A DNA stretch of 64,000 bases, from positions 98,311 to 162,310 of the forward strand of contig OZ316900.1 of NCBI GenBank assembly GCA_973895155.1, read 5' to 3'. Source of the DNA: Marsupella aquatica. Taxonomy: Eukaryota > Plantae > Marchantiophyta. Shown here piece by piece: positions 42,321-53,579 of this stretch; position 1 is the stretch's first letter, and each line of letters opens with the position of its first letter. Made by a program: the position numbers and the translations under genes. The notes beneath the pieces are model-generated. The model saw only the letters and a list, made by a program, of their open reading frames with translations, did no database searches and had not been told where the DNA came from.

Positions 42321-42728
42321 TCACGACCACTTAAAAAACTTTATCGACAACCCCAGTTTATGCGCGGCCAATGTAGCAGCTTGTTGAGCATTTGACAGAC
42401 TGACGCAATCCATTTCAAATAAGATTTGTCCCTTCAACACACGAGCAATCCAACCTTTAGTATTTCCCTTGCCCTTTCCCATTCGCACTTCTGCCGGTTT
42501 ACTGGTAATAGGAATATCTGCGAAAACTCTTACCCATATTTTAGAATTTCTTCGAAATTTTCTGCTTATAGCACGACGCGCTGCTTCGATCGCTTGATAC
42601 GAAATACGGCCAGCTTCACAACTTTTAATGCCGTATTTTCCAAAACAAAGTTCTGTACCGTCTGCTTTGCAACCTTTACATTTGCCTTTTCGATATTTAC
42701 GAAATTTTGTACGTTTTGGATATAGCAC
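42321..42728 (-). CDS. rpl16: Ribosomal protein L16; GTG start, overlapping the rps3 3' end
   Basis: PKRTKFRKYRKG, PAEVRMGKGKG. The start codon read from the sequence is GTG. Confidence 0.95.
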   Translation of the reverse strand: MLYPKRTKFRKYRKGKCKGCKADGTELCFGKYGIKSCEAGRISYQAIEAARRAISRKFRRNSKIWVRVFADIPITSKPAEVRMGKGKGNTKGWIARVLKGQILFEMDCVSLSNAQQAATLAAHKLGLSIKFFKWS

Positions 42729-43989
42729 AACTTGTCCCTTTTTTTTGTGTTAGAAAATACGAAACCCACACTTTGACACCTAAGATTCCATAAGGGGTAG
42801 ATGCTTGTGTTTTCGCATAATCGATTTGATCGGAAAAAACATGTAAAGATGTTTCGCCGTATTTTTTGTATTCAGTTTTAGCTATTTCCGCGCCATTCAA
42901 TCGACCTGAACAACCAATACGGATCCCCTTCACATATGGGCATTTTTTAATTCGTTTAAATATAGATCTACATATTTGTCGAAATGATTTTTTTTGTTCT
43001 AGTTCCCAAGATATTTCTTGAGCAATTAGAGAGGCACTTCGATAAACAGAAGCTATTTTGACTGGCTGAATTAAGGTATTAGTTTTTGTTTGATTAGCAA
43101 ATAAAGATTGCATTTTTTTCAAATAATAATAACGACTGGAAAGAGATGTAGCTTTCCTAAATCGGGCATACCTTAAGAATATGATAGCATCGAAATACAA
43201 TGTGGACCTGGGTTGACGAATTGACTCCCCGCTTTGTGTTCCTTGCTTGGCCAGCGGAATGGCTTCCCCAATCGTGGATGTTCTAGCTGGGCCTTGTGCC
43301 ACGGGACTTCTGTTAACCATAGGATCGAATTGAATTTGGTTCTTTAGATTGAAGAAATATTGCATTACGAAATAATCCAAGGAAGCACGCCCGGTAAAAC
43401 CAAAGAAGTCTTCTTCGGACCCAAAAATATCTCTTTTTTTTTCAGCACGCACGGCTACCGGGATGTAAGGCGCGAAGCGAGAGAACGCATAGCGTTCTTC
43501 TGAGGCTCTTCCGTCATCATTTTCGTCTTTCGGCCAGATACTTTGAAAAGTAGAGTGTATGTCGGCCATCCAATCGCTGACTCGAAGTAATTGGTCAATC
43601 TTATGTATTGATGGCGATCGACCATGGTATTCATAGCGGCGTTTTCCGGGCCAAATCCCGACTTCATTTCTCTGTTTTACTGTATCGTCGTTAATACGCC
43701 CGATCGACTTGACAGATGGTAGTGCCCCAAGGCCTTGATGTCTTGATTGGCTAAGTCGATCCAGAAAAGATAGATGAATAAATGTCCTTTTAGGAAAATG
43801 ATGGATAATACACCTACCGAGACGAAAGCCAAACGTGTTTCCCGTAGGTGGACGTATTGAACCAAAATAATCTCTAAAATTTAAATCTTGATACAACAAT
43901 TTTCCGTAGTAGTAATCACTAAACCAACTGGAATCTGAACTACGATTCAGATTGAGTCTGACTGAAATCGGATTTACTTTTTGTGCCAT
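42697..43989 (-). CDS. rps3: Ribosomal protein S3, intronless (430 aa)
   Basis: MAQKVNPISVRL, GIRIGCSGRLNGAEIA, YGILGVKVW. Confidence 0.96.
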   Translation of the reverse strand: MAQKVNPISVRLNLNRSSDSSWFSDYYYGKLLYQDLNFRDYFGSIRPPTGNTFGFRLGRCIIHHFPKRTFIHLSFLDRLSQSRHQGLGALPSVKSIGRINDDTVKQRNEVGIWPGKRRYEYHGRSPSIHKIDQLLRVSDWMADIHSTFQSIWPKDENDDGRASEERYAFSRFAPYIPVAVRAEKKRDIFGSEEDFFGFTGRASLDYFVMQYFFNLKNQIQFDPMVNRSPVAQGPARTSTIGEAIPLAKQGTQSGESIRQPRSTLYFDAIIFLRYARFRKATSLSSRYYYLKKMQSLFANQTKTNTLIQPVKIASVYRSASLIAQEISWELEQKKSFRQICRSIFKRIKKCPYVKGIRIGCSGRLNGAEIAKTEYKKYGETSLHVFSDQIDYAKTQASTPYGILGVKVWVSYFLTQKKGTSCAISKTYKIS

Positions 43990-43995
43990 AATTTA

Positions 43996-44277
43996 CTATC
44001 GTACCTTTTTGATCGGTTTGATCTTGGTTTTCGAGGGCAAAGCTCTCTTACCCAAGGAGGAGGTTTTCCGTGTAGAAGCAAACTCTCCAAATTTATGACC
44101 AACCATTTCTTCAGTAATCTTCAAACCAACAAAACCTTTTCCGTTATAAATTTGTGCATAGCAACCAACAAATTGAGGCAAAATACAAGATCTACGTGAC
44201 CAAATTCTCCACCTAATCTTTTTTTGCTTGAACAAGCAAGTATCCACAAAAGGACCTTTCCATATAGAGCGTGTCAT
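43996..44277 (-). CDS. rps19: Ribosomal protein S19
   Basis: [23 protein letters not shown]. Confidence 0.97.
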   Translation of the reverse strand: MTRSIWKGPFVDTCLFKQKKIRWRIWSRRSCILPQFVGCYAQIYNGKGFVGLKITEEMVGHKFGEFASTRKTSSLGKRALPSKTKIKPIKKVR

Positions 44278-44280
44278 AAA

Positions 44281-46602
44281 CTAATTTCTGCGTTTTCTCA
44301 CTACTGTTTTGAATCCACCTTTGGTAGGCTTGCCCCAAGGTGATACCGAAGGTCTACCTCCTTTAGTGCGTCCTTCACCGCCTCCATGAGGATGATCAAC
44401 TGGATTCATAGCCACACCCCGAACGATGGGGCGTCTGCCTAACCACCGGCTTTGTCCCGCTTTGTCAAGCTTATGTTTACCATGATTAAGATTGGAAACT
44501 ATACCAATAGTAGCTCGGCATCGGGAATCTATTAGTTTGTCAACACCCGAAGGTAACCGCACAATACATTGCGGTGTATTCTCAACCTTCTTAATTATTT
44601 GAGCAAAGGTTCCCGCGGCTCGAGTCAACTTTGCGCCTTGACCTGGGTTCCTTTCAATGTTATGTACCCACGTGCCTATAGGTATTTTGGCTAATGGTAT
44701 GCAATTTCCGACCATTTGATAATATGAATCAAGTATGTATTTATTCTCACTAGAAACGTAGTCTCCGTGTAGCCAAGCTTGGCTATCTCGCTCGGTCTCC
44801 ACCCTAAGGCCCGAAGGGTCATTAGCTTTCTGGGAAGATTGATGGTAGTTTAACGGGGTCGAAGGTTTAGACCAATGAAAATTAATCACCGTCTTGCCTA
44901 CTTCCAATTTTTCACTGGCTAATATATAAGTGAAAGGCTCGGAGGTGCGTAGCACTCGATCCGAACCCGAAGGCCCGACGGCACGGAGTGCGCGGGGAGC
45001 ATGTTCGGGCTTGGAGAAAGAAGGGTCGAGCACTACGTGCCTGTCCCTTGGGTCTCGTGTCCTTCTTCCCAATATCGTGTGCGGGAATCTACCAGCCATT
45101 TCCGGCCTTCCGTCCTTCTTACCAGTATCGTGTGCGGAAATCGTCAAGCTATTTCCGGCCTTCGGCCCTTGGGACCAAGGAAGTACTAGGCTTGTTATTC
45201 TCGTCGCCCCGCTATGCGTTCTCCATCTTTGGCCTCCGCTTCGAGAGAACGTATTTTCTCCCCCTAGGGCCGACAGGCACTCTCTTCCCGTTGGGAGGGA
45301 AGGGCCTCGAAAAGCGAAGAAAGCGGGCTTTGCCCCAGCTACTGCTACGCTGGGTAAACCAAGACCCAAAGGTCTTAAGGCTTTGGTCCTAAGGTCTCGT
45401 GGCCTTAAGACCCAAGAACTTTCCAGTATCTGCCCGCCTCCGGGCCTCGTTTTCTCGTATTCTATTTCCTCAGCTTGTCTAGGCAGCGAAGAGAACGAGA
45501 ATAATAGGCCGAAAAAGAACATATTTTTTTCTTTTCGACTATTTGCTCTAGCCGGGTGCTTTCCAGGGCGTAGAACCCCTTCGATCCATCGTACTAAAGC
45601 AATCCAAGACGAACGATTTGGGTCATACTCGATTCTTTCTACAATGCCCATAGACGAAGTGCTTCGTTTGAAATCAATTTTTCGCTGCAATCGCTTCGAT
45701 CCACCCCCTCGGTGAAAAACCGTAATACGCCCTGATGAATTTCTTCCAGCAGAACTCCGTTTTAAATGAAAAGTTAATTGTTTTAGTGGTAGGAGATGGG
45801 CCACCAACCCCCATGATCTCTCGTCTGGTTGGAAGGCCTTCCTCCGAACCGTACGTGCGAGTCTCCCTGCATACGGCTCTCCAAGCGATCCTTTTGACTT
45901 AGCCAGTTGGTTAAGAGTATCCGTTAACGGGAGTCCTTCCACACGGGACTGTTGTCCGTACTTGTTCGGGTAGGCTCCCAGTCAGGATGAACGGAATAAG
46001 ATTCTTCTTTACCAAAGTAATCTCCGCCGATCTTTCTTGCTCTGGGCCCCTTCGCGGTATTTACGTTACTACGAGTCCCCCGTTGCCCTCCCCTCCTCGG
46101 TTCTGACACAAAGGATGGTAACTATTTGTATTTTCCTAGCTAGCCAGGTTACCGGAAGTGACCCTAGGCAATCCCAAGTTTCGTTTATAGTGTGTCGGGC
46201 CGGTTCATTAGGTTTTTTGGTCATTTACCGTATCTGTACGGTAGCTGTCTCCCAGTGTGTTCCACTCTGTTTTCTAACCCGAAAAGCAGGGGGCGGTGGC
46301 TGGGGAGAAGGTCGCGCTTCCCGCTGGCGACATGATGGCTGGGCCGGGGCCACAGCCAGACTGAGTGGAATACCTCCAGTAGACCTGCGATACGATCCAT
46401 AGAACCTCTAGCTCGGAGAACGGCTTAGCGTTATCGGTTTCACGCCGTGTTCCCCTTCTTACCTACATGCTACAATACCCTTTGGGCTTTCCCCGCGAGG
46501 ATAGTAGGACGCTTTACACAGAACACTCCGTGCCGGCTTGTCGCCGGAGACGCATTATTACTAACTTGGCGCACCTCTTCCTTTCCAGCAACTATTTCTC
46601 AT
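44281..46602 (-). CDS. rpl2: Ribosomal protein L2, 2 exons: 46602-46575, 45788-44281 (511 aa, with a large internal insertion)
   Basis: [41 protein letters not shown]. 28+1508=1536 nt. Confidence 0.95.
45789..46574 (-). other. Group II intron rpl2i28
   Basis: GTGCG...CTCCTAC. Domain V at ~45845-45882. Confidence 0.92.
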
Positions 46603-47462
46603 AGTGTATTTGCCTTTTTTTATTTCGTTTGAAGCATCAATGACACCGAAAAACCGAATGTACCGTAGGTACACCTCTCTTCGACTGTCAGTGTCATCAA
46701 TCATCTACGATGATTGATGGCTTCGCTACTAGCCGTAAAATATATCACGTAGGGCAGAAGGTCCGGAAGTGGAGCCTCAGCCCGTGGTTGGCCGGCGGGG
46801 GCCTACAGGCACTCCCTTCCAATTAACTACATAGGTGTTACGATTTCATACGAAAGCTAAGTACACCGGGTGGGGGGTGTGCACATCATGTTCGTTTATG
46901 CGGCCACTATTACATATGATCTCGGATTAAGTCTCTTTAAAGCTGGCACACGAACCAAACAAAAGCAAATTAAAAGGGTGCAGCTCTCTTCTTGACGAGT
47001 AGAGCTGCCCCCTTTTAATCGTAAAGCGCTATCCCTCTGGTCGAGTGCTACGCACGTCTCCTTCCCCGAACACCCTCCCCGCGCACTCCGTGCCTATGGC
47101 AGCCGCCAAAGGCACACGACTCTAAGGAAAGGAGGCGCGTAGCACTTCCCGGAGGCCGCCCCACAAAGTGCTACGCGCCTCCTTTCTCGCCATTTCGTCT
47201 CGTGCCCCGTCAGTTTATTTCTCCCCTTCTTTCTGACAGTCCCCCTTTTTTTGTCAGTTCTTTCATTTCCTCGAAAGCATCGGTCAGACAGTGCCCCGCC
47301 CTACGGGCATGTTTCGCCGCGTGTTACGCAATACAACATCATAGATTTGGTAGCCTTTTGGCCCTTATTCGATTATACGTAGTGCTACGCCCTTGGGCGA
47401 AGCGGTGTGATTTTGTATTTTCGGAAATGTAGACTTCCCCCCCCTACTTAAAAGCAATTTGA

Positions 47463-47771
47463 CTAGGGTTTGCAAACTTTATCCAAACGGGTTTGATAAT
47501 AAAAGATAATTTCCAATTGAACTCCAAGTAGATCATGTAGTTTTAACCAATTCAACTTTTCACGCAATTTATGCGTTTCCGTTTCTATGACCAGCAATTG
47601 TTTATGTATTCTCGTTTCAAATTGTTCTCTAGACTTTTTATCAATATGAGGTGATCGTAATACTGTATATAAAATTCGTTTTTTAGGCAATCCAATCTTG
47701 CGTGTGTTAAGTAGAAGCCCCGACCTTTGATTCTCAAAAGATTTAATAACGATGCATATTTTGGCAGTCAT
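47463..47771 (-). CDS. rps10: Ribosomal protein S10
   Basis: [25 protein letters not shown]. Confidence 0.95.
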   Translation of the reverse strand: MTAKICIVIKSFENQRSGLLLNTRKIGLPKKRILYTVLRSPHIDKKSREQFETRIHKQLLVIETETHKLREKLNWLKLHDLLGVQLEIIFYYQTRLDKVCKP

Positions 47772-49148
47772 TCCACGTGGTTTTTTAGTTTTTCATTATG
47801 CCATTACGTAATAATGGCATAATCCTGATGTTTTTTATGGGCCTCGAGCGCTTTCATCGTTCGACCCTTACCCATCATTCTCTATGCTGGAGCAAAGCCC
47901 AGAAGAGAATGCAAAAAAAGATTTTTTTTGCTTTTCCATGCGCCCCCCCCCATGGAAAGCTGACGCTTTACGCGGGGGGGGGTCGAAGCCCGAAAAATTT
48001 ATATTATGCTCCGCTGCCCCTCGCTCGCAAAGCAAACGAAGTGCGTGCGGAGCTCCAGGGGAGAGAAGCCTCAAAGTTGTCAATTGCGCGCATTCAGCAA
48101 GTCGCTATGTATATACCTCTCCGCAAGCTACATCGATGAATCATCAGAGATTATTCATCAGCGTTATGAGCTTTGCTAAAATAAATATTTTTTGGTTTGG
48201 GCGCAGCTCGGAAACACGCAAAAAGAAAAAAAAATATTGGGTAATATCCTTTTCTTTGCTCCGCGCGGCCCGAAACCGTTGGCCCTTCCTCATACAAGCC
48301 AGAGGAGTGTTCTCGGGTCCTAAGGCCCCGAAGGAAACTTATTTGGCTTTACAGGATCCGAAGTAGACTTATTTAGCTTTACGAAATAAGCGCTGAAGGC
48401 CGTAAATGTCTTTACCGCGCACCATACCAGCCAGAACACGCTCCCCGCGCACTACGTGCCTGGGTCCGAGGGTGCGTAAACACGTTCAGACGGGGAACGG
48501 CTTTACGAAAAAAGGACCTGAAGGGTTCGGGTCGAGCCCCCCCGCCGGGGGGGGGCCGAACCCGTTGGACCAAAGGGCACGAGACTATAGGAAGAAGGAC
48601 GTACCCGAGTCTAGTGTCCTTCGAACAAGTGTCAATAAAAATATTTTACTAACGTTGCCGAACCTTCGCAACGGCGCGGGGGCAAAAAAATATATATATA
48701 TTTTTTCTATCCCTCTCTATCCCTCACAGGCCGCTTTTTTCAGGTTCATCCATTTATTGATAGATAACCCGGCCATGTTTCTTGGAGCTCTCCCGCGCTT
48801 GCTTTTTGGCAATTACATAAGGCTGCCGGAGGGAAGCATTATGGAGACCTGTAGGGCAGGTTCGAAGATTTAAAAATACATATTTATTTATTCCTGCGGC
48901 CTTCATTCGCATCATATCGGTGATAATCCCAATCAAGCAAAATATATAGATATATCTATATATTTCTATATCCGAAACAGGAGGCCCAGGGGGCACTGTC
49001 AGACAAAGAAAGGGCGGGAAATTCTAGGGATAAGTTTCTGGAAAACAATATATATTTTTTTGGTCCTACCTGTGCAATTAGTAGTCTTATCTATCTACCT
49101 CTCCAAACACAATATCTCGAGTACCTAAGTGACAACATTTGCTGGCAT

Positions 49149-49993
49149 GTTATGGTCGATCAGGGGCCCTGGCCGCCGATTCAGAACCGTAGGTGACAGT
49201 TTCCCGTCCTCTGGCTCCCCGCATCCGATCGAGCCAGTTTCCTGAGATGTGCGCTTTTCCGTCGTATTTTGGTCGTGACAGTGCCCCTCGGGCCTCATTA
49301 AATAGTTTTTCATCCCCTTTCTACTAGCCCTTACGAGGGCGCCCGCAATGTGAGGCTCCCACAAGGTACTGACGGATACGGAAGTCGACGGTAAAAAATA
49401 TTTTTTTTTAGCTTTCTGTCCCATCCTATTCCTGCCCACCTCCCGGTTGGCCCGTCTAACCTCAGAGGTGTTCGGGGTTACCCAGTTCCGATTTTCTATT
49501 TATCCCTTCGGATTGGGCCGCAAAGCTAGACGCCGTAGGCGCGTTGAAATAACGAGAAAGGACACCACAATATTACTTTCCCCCAGGCCTATATTCGATG
49601 TTCCGGATGCGAGGGTCTCTTATACATAGGAGTAGGAAACAATGCAGCCCCCCCCCCCCCCTCGTCCATGACGACGCTTCAGATGCTGCGATTCATTAAT
49701 TAGCCTTCGGAGGGGGTTAAATACCCGCACTGGTGTATTCACCCGGAGAATAACCAAGGAGGTTGTTATGGTCACGCCCTTGCTCGATTCCCCGGGTCTT
49801 CTTCCCCTTTATAGCCACCCCTCACACCCTTGGATGCCACTCCAAACGCGGGCGGGTACGCTGTTACCCTACCCCGTTCTCCGGACTTCCACTTCCATAA
49901 AAAACTCAGTTCGATCACTCTGTCATCCCGGTGCGGATGTACGCTGAGTAGAGCGCACAGGTACGACTCATCGTCTTAGTGAACAGGTTGCGT
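49149..49993 (-). other. Group II intron nad7i1113 (paralog of rps14i114), 5' end degenerate
   Basis: Long colinear similarity to 38880-39557. Domain V at ~49183-49222. Ends CATAAC. Confidence 0.88.
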
Positions 49994-50745
49994 TTGATGT
50001 TTGAACGTAAAATCAAGTTCTTGTAAATGAGCAAAACCTGGTGCTCTTATTTCACAACGATAAGGACGATTGGTTCTTCCATCCCACCGACTAGCAACAC
50101 ACCAGAATAATCTACTTTAGGCGCTTCTACTGCTGTATAGGTAGAAGAAGCTGGTACGGCCTTCTGTCTCAAGTTTAGAACGTCAAATTAAAGATTCCAT
50201 GGATTGTTTTATTTCATATCCCGCTGGGACGTAGTTTACGATCATTTGATTGAGACATTGCGTAATGATTCGAATACTTTGTCCTCTCCAATACGAATCC
50301 AATACCGATCATAGCAATCTCTTCTGGTACCTACTGGTACGTCAAAATTCAATCGGTCATAGAATCGTAAGGTGCCGATTTTATTTTCGCAAATCCCAGC
50401 ATACTACGGAGCCTCTTAACATTACACCGCTGAATCCCCAATCCGCCGCAGCTCGCTGTGCAGTGACAATACCAATATCCACTAATCGTTGTTTCCAGAT
50501 ACGGTTGTTGGTTAACACGTCTTATACTTCGTCAATACGATAAGCGAATTATTGTATAAATAGGGGAATATCTTCACTTAAACCCAAGGGCAGCGCGCAA
50601 CTTCACCCGGTCGTATGTAGCTGGCATGCATCTCGGCTTCCGAGACTCTTTCATAGAACTCTAAAAGTTTTTATCGGTCTTCGAAAGCCCAAAGGAATGG
50701 AGTTAGTGCTTCCACATCCGTAGCATAAGTAGTTAAAGCAAGTAA

Positions 50746-52309
50746 ATGGTAAGGGATGGACCACTAACCCCAATTATTCAGCTGCGAGCCTTTCGACAGG
50801 TATCAATGGCCTCCCTCCGAACCGGACGTGCAAGATTTCCTCGCATCCGGCGGCTATCCGATCCTCGGGCTCTGGAAGGCCTCTGGGCCAAGCTTTTGAC
50901 CCAGAGGCCTTCCTCTTGATATTTTTTTAACAGTCTGAATCGTCTATCGGGTGATTAGAGAGGTTGGGGCTTGTATCTTATCTTCAATTCTTCACAGAAT
51001 TGGTCTAAGGGGGGGGCTCCTTTCCAAGCCCATACCCTGCCCCGACCAGTCCCCATTAAAGTTGTAATGGGTCTCGAAGTTTTGCATCGGGGAACGGAGC
51101 TAGTCTGTAGTGGTTGATATTGTCAAAGTCCCTCCTTCGATTGCTGAGCCCTCCGGGCCTTCGTTCTTATCTATCTTAGTGCAGTGCCCGGACCGGCGGC
51201 TCGGACAGGAACGATGACTGGAGGTGCGTAAGCCGAAGCCGAGGGCGTCGGGTTCGATAACTGCCCGTATAGCTTCTTGTACAACGCGTGGGAATTGTAT
51301 ACCTGGCCCCGTAAGGCCTCTCTATCTGGTTTGGTAATTCTCCGAGAGGTTTTTTGAACTGGACTCCGCTACGCGTCTCGAGTCTGGCAATGGTTTTTTC
51401 AAATTTTATCATGCCATCCAGGCGCGTATCGGAGTCCGCAGTCCTGGAGTCGACCCCGGCCCTGCTTTTATTTCGGTTTGCCATTCGTTATGTGTAAGTT
51501 TGTGCCGGACAGATTCTATAGCTGGTATATAAGCTCCTTCCGTTTGAAACGTGAGTAGCAATTTTGTCAGATATAGGTAGTTCATGTAGTCTTTTTTTAA
51601 TAGTTTGTAAGCCGGAATCAGAGCGATAGAGTTTGGGCCCTGTAGTTTGGTGTTTGAGGTCCCCGGCCGGGTACTAACCGCGTACAGCCTGTAGGCTGAG
51701 ACTGTGTCGGGCTATCCGTGCACAGGTAAGCCCGGAGGCTTACTTTGCTACGCGCCTGGGTGTTATCCGATCCTGCCTTGAGTGGTAAATAAGCTCCCAT
51801 GGAATGATGGCCAGGGGTCTCAGCTTATCGTGTCATCAGCTGGGGTCATTCTGGATACCTTCGCGGTCCTTCTGTGGTGAGTGTCCAATAGACCTCCCCC
51901 CCCCCGATCGTCGCGGTTGAAAGCGTCCTTGCGGTTGGTTTACGCCGGCAGCAGCTGGTGGACTGGGAGCTGGCTCCGGCATGTCCCACTCTTTCCACGA
52001 ACCCTTAAATCAGAGGCGGTGGCTTGTCGCAATGCTGGCGACATAATGGTTCTTCCGGCCTCAATCACAACCACGTGTGTTTGTTAGGTCAACCAGCCCG
52101 AGCCGGATCACTCCAAAGTAACTACTAAGATCGATGGGGCTATAGCTCGGATAACATAATAACGCTATCGGTTTCACGCCGGTTTGTTTCCCTCCCTCTC
52201 CACATGCCCCCCTCGGGCTTTCCCTTCGAGGAGGATAATGTGATGATGCTTTATATCGGGCATCATTAATCGGCCTATCGCTAAGAACACACACATTGCT
52301 ACGGCGCAC
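50746..52309 (-). other. Group II intron nad7i336
   Basis: GTGCG...CCAT. Domain V at ~50817-50855. Confidence 0.88.
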
Positions 52310-52659
52310 ATATGGGATCATCCGAGTTATTCCATCCACGAAATAACACTCGTATATACTGAGCTAGTGAAGATACCTTACAATTACAAAGTATCTCTAC
52401 AGCTAAAGAATAAGCATGTTCCTGGGCCATTATAGAAACATAATCTAACCGATCAGAAGAAGGTGAAGCTCGAAGGAAGATACGTTGGTTTTATAATTTT
52501 TCCGTGCCTCAGTAATCCAATATGCGGTTCCGCGCGTTCTACCACTTCTCCATCCATTTCCAAGACTGATCGTAAAACACCATGAGCAGCAGTTGAGGTC
52601 CAAAATTAAAAATCACATTCTTGATTTGTTTAGTGCTAGCCATATCTAATAATTCGTAT

Positions 52660-52775
52660 TTGTTATTAATTGTTTTCGTTTACCATTCAAACCATAGCAT
52701 AAATATCTACGGTAGGATAAGCGAAACGCATAAAAGCTTTCTGTTTCGTGACAAAATCTATCTCCCTCCCAACCA
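52660..52775 (-). pseudogene. Second rps7 fragment (internally deleted) just upstream of the psi-nad7 ATG
   Basis: Aligns with 31815-32007 (TTTTGTCACGAAACAGAAAGC...TTGAATGGTAAAC). Confidence 0.75.
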
Positions 52776-53504
52776 TAAGCCGTTCTAAGAATTGTATAAA
52801 ATCAACTAACTGCCGAAAAAGCAAACTTAAACGGCCGTACTACTCTCCGTAAATCGAAGGTACGCTAGAAGTTGCGCCCGCGTCGGTCGGGATATAACGG
52901 ATTCTCTTGTTGTCCAAGGTGCTCTCCTTCAATCATTTCTCTATACGGACCCTGCGAGCCGCTCACCCGATGTAGCCTTTCCCGAGGATAGATAATCCAT
53001 CCCGGGCCTTTTTTTCCGCTCGTAAGCACGCCGGGCGACCTTACCTTACGACTTCGCTATTCTGGCGTTCCATTCAACTATAATTTCCTATGGCCCGCGC
53101 TGAACTTTGTGGGTCTGGACGACACCGATAGACACGTAGTGCTCGACCCGAACCTGAAGGGCTAAAGGAACGTAGCGCGCGGGGAGCAATGGAAGGCCCC
53201 GCAGGGACGAAACCCAACGTGAGAGGATGGGGATGGAAACCCTGGGGAGGCGGCTTGTAGATTGAAAGGTCTCCGCACGCACTACGTGCCTCTTCCTAAG
53301 GTCCTGTCAGACAGTCCCGCCGGGCTCGGATAAAAACTTTTGACCTCGTTCTCCATCTTCAGTTTCAACGATTATATCCCAGCACATGCTTGCTGGCGCC
53401 CCCCCCGCCCCGAATTAAGGTGCGAAGCATAACGAGATCTCTTTTTATAAAGGTGCATTCTCACAAGCATTTATTCTATTTTTTTTTCCGGTAGATTACT
53501 CATA

Positions 53505-53577
53505 TGGAGACGATCGGATTTGAACCGACAGCTTCATGCTTGCAAAACATGCGCTCTACCAATTGAGCTACGTCCCC
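53505..53577 (-). tRNA. trnA: tRNA-Ala (UGC)
   Basis: GGGGACG...CATGTTTTGCAAGCATG...TTCAAAT...CGTCTCCA. Confidence 0.95.
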
Positions 53578-53579
53578 TA

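Larger units (their letters stand above)
49087..52643 (-). pseudogene. nad7: nad7 pseudogene: exons ~52643-52310, ~50745-49994, 49148-49087, with both introns retained
   Basis: Relics of [82 protein letters not shown], broken by indels and stops. Confidence 0.93.

Noticed and set aside
44930-45715. 261-aa plus-strand ORF
   Set aside because: Antisense to the GC-rich rpl2 insertion.
44281-45942. 553-aa ORF as the rpl2 start
   Set aside because: Its N-terminus is intron domain V/VI sequence. The real start is the 28-nt exon at 46602.
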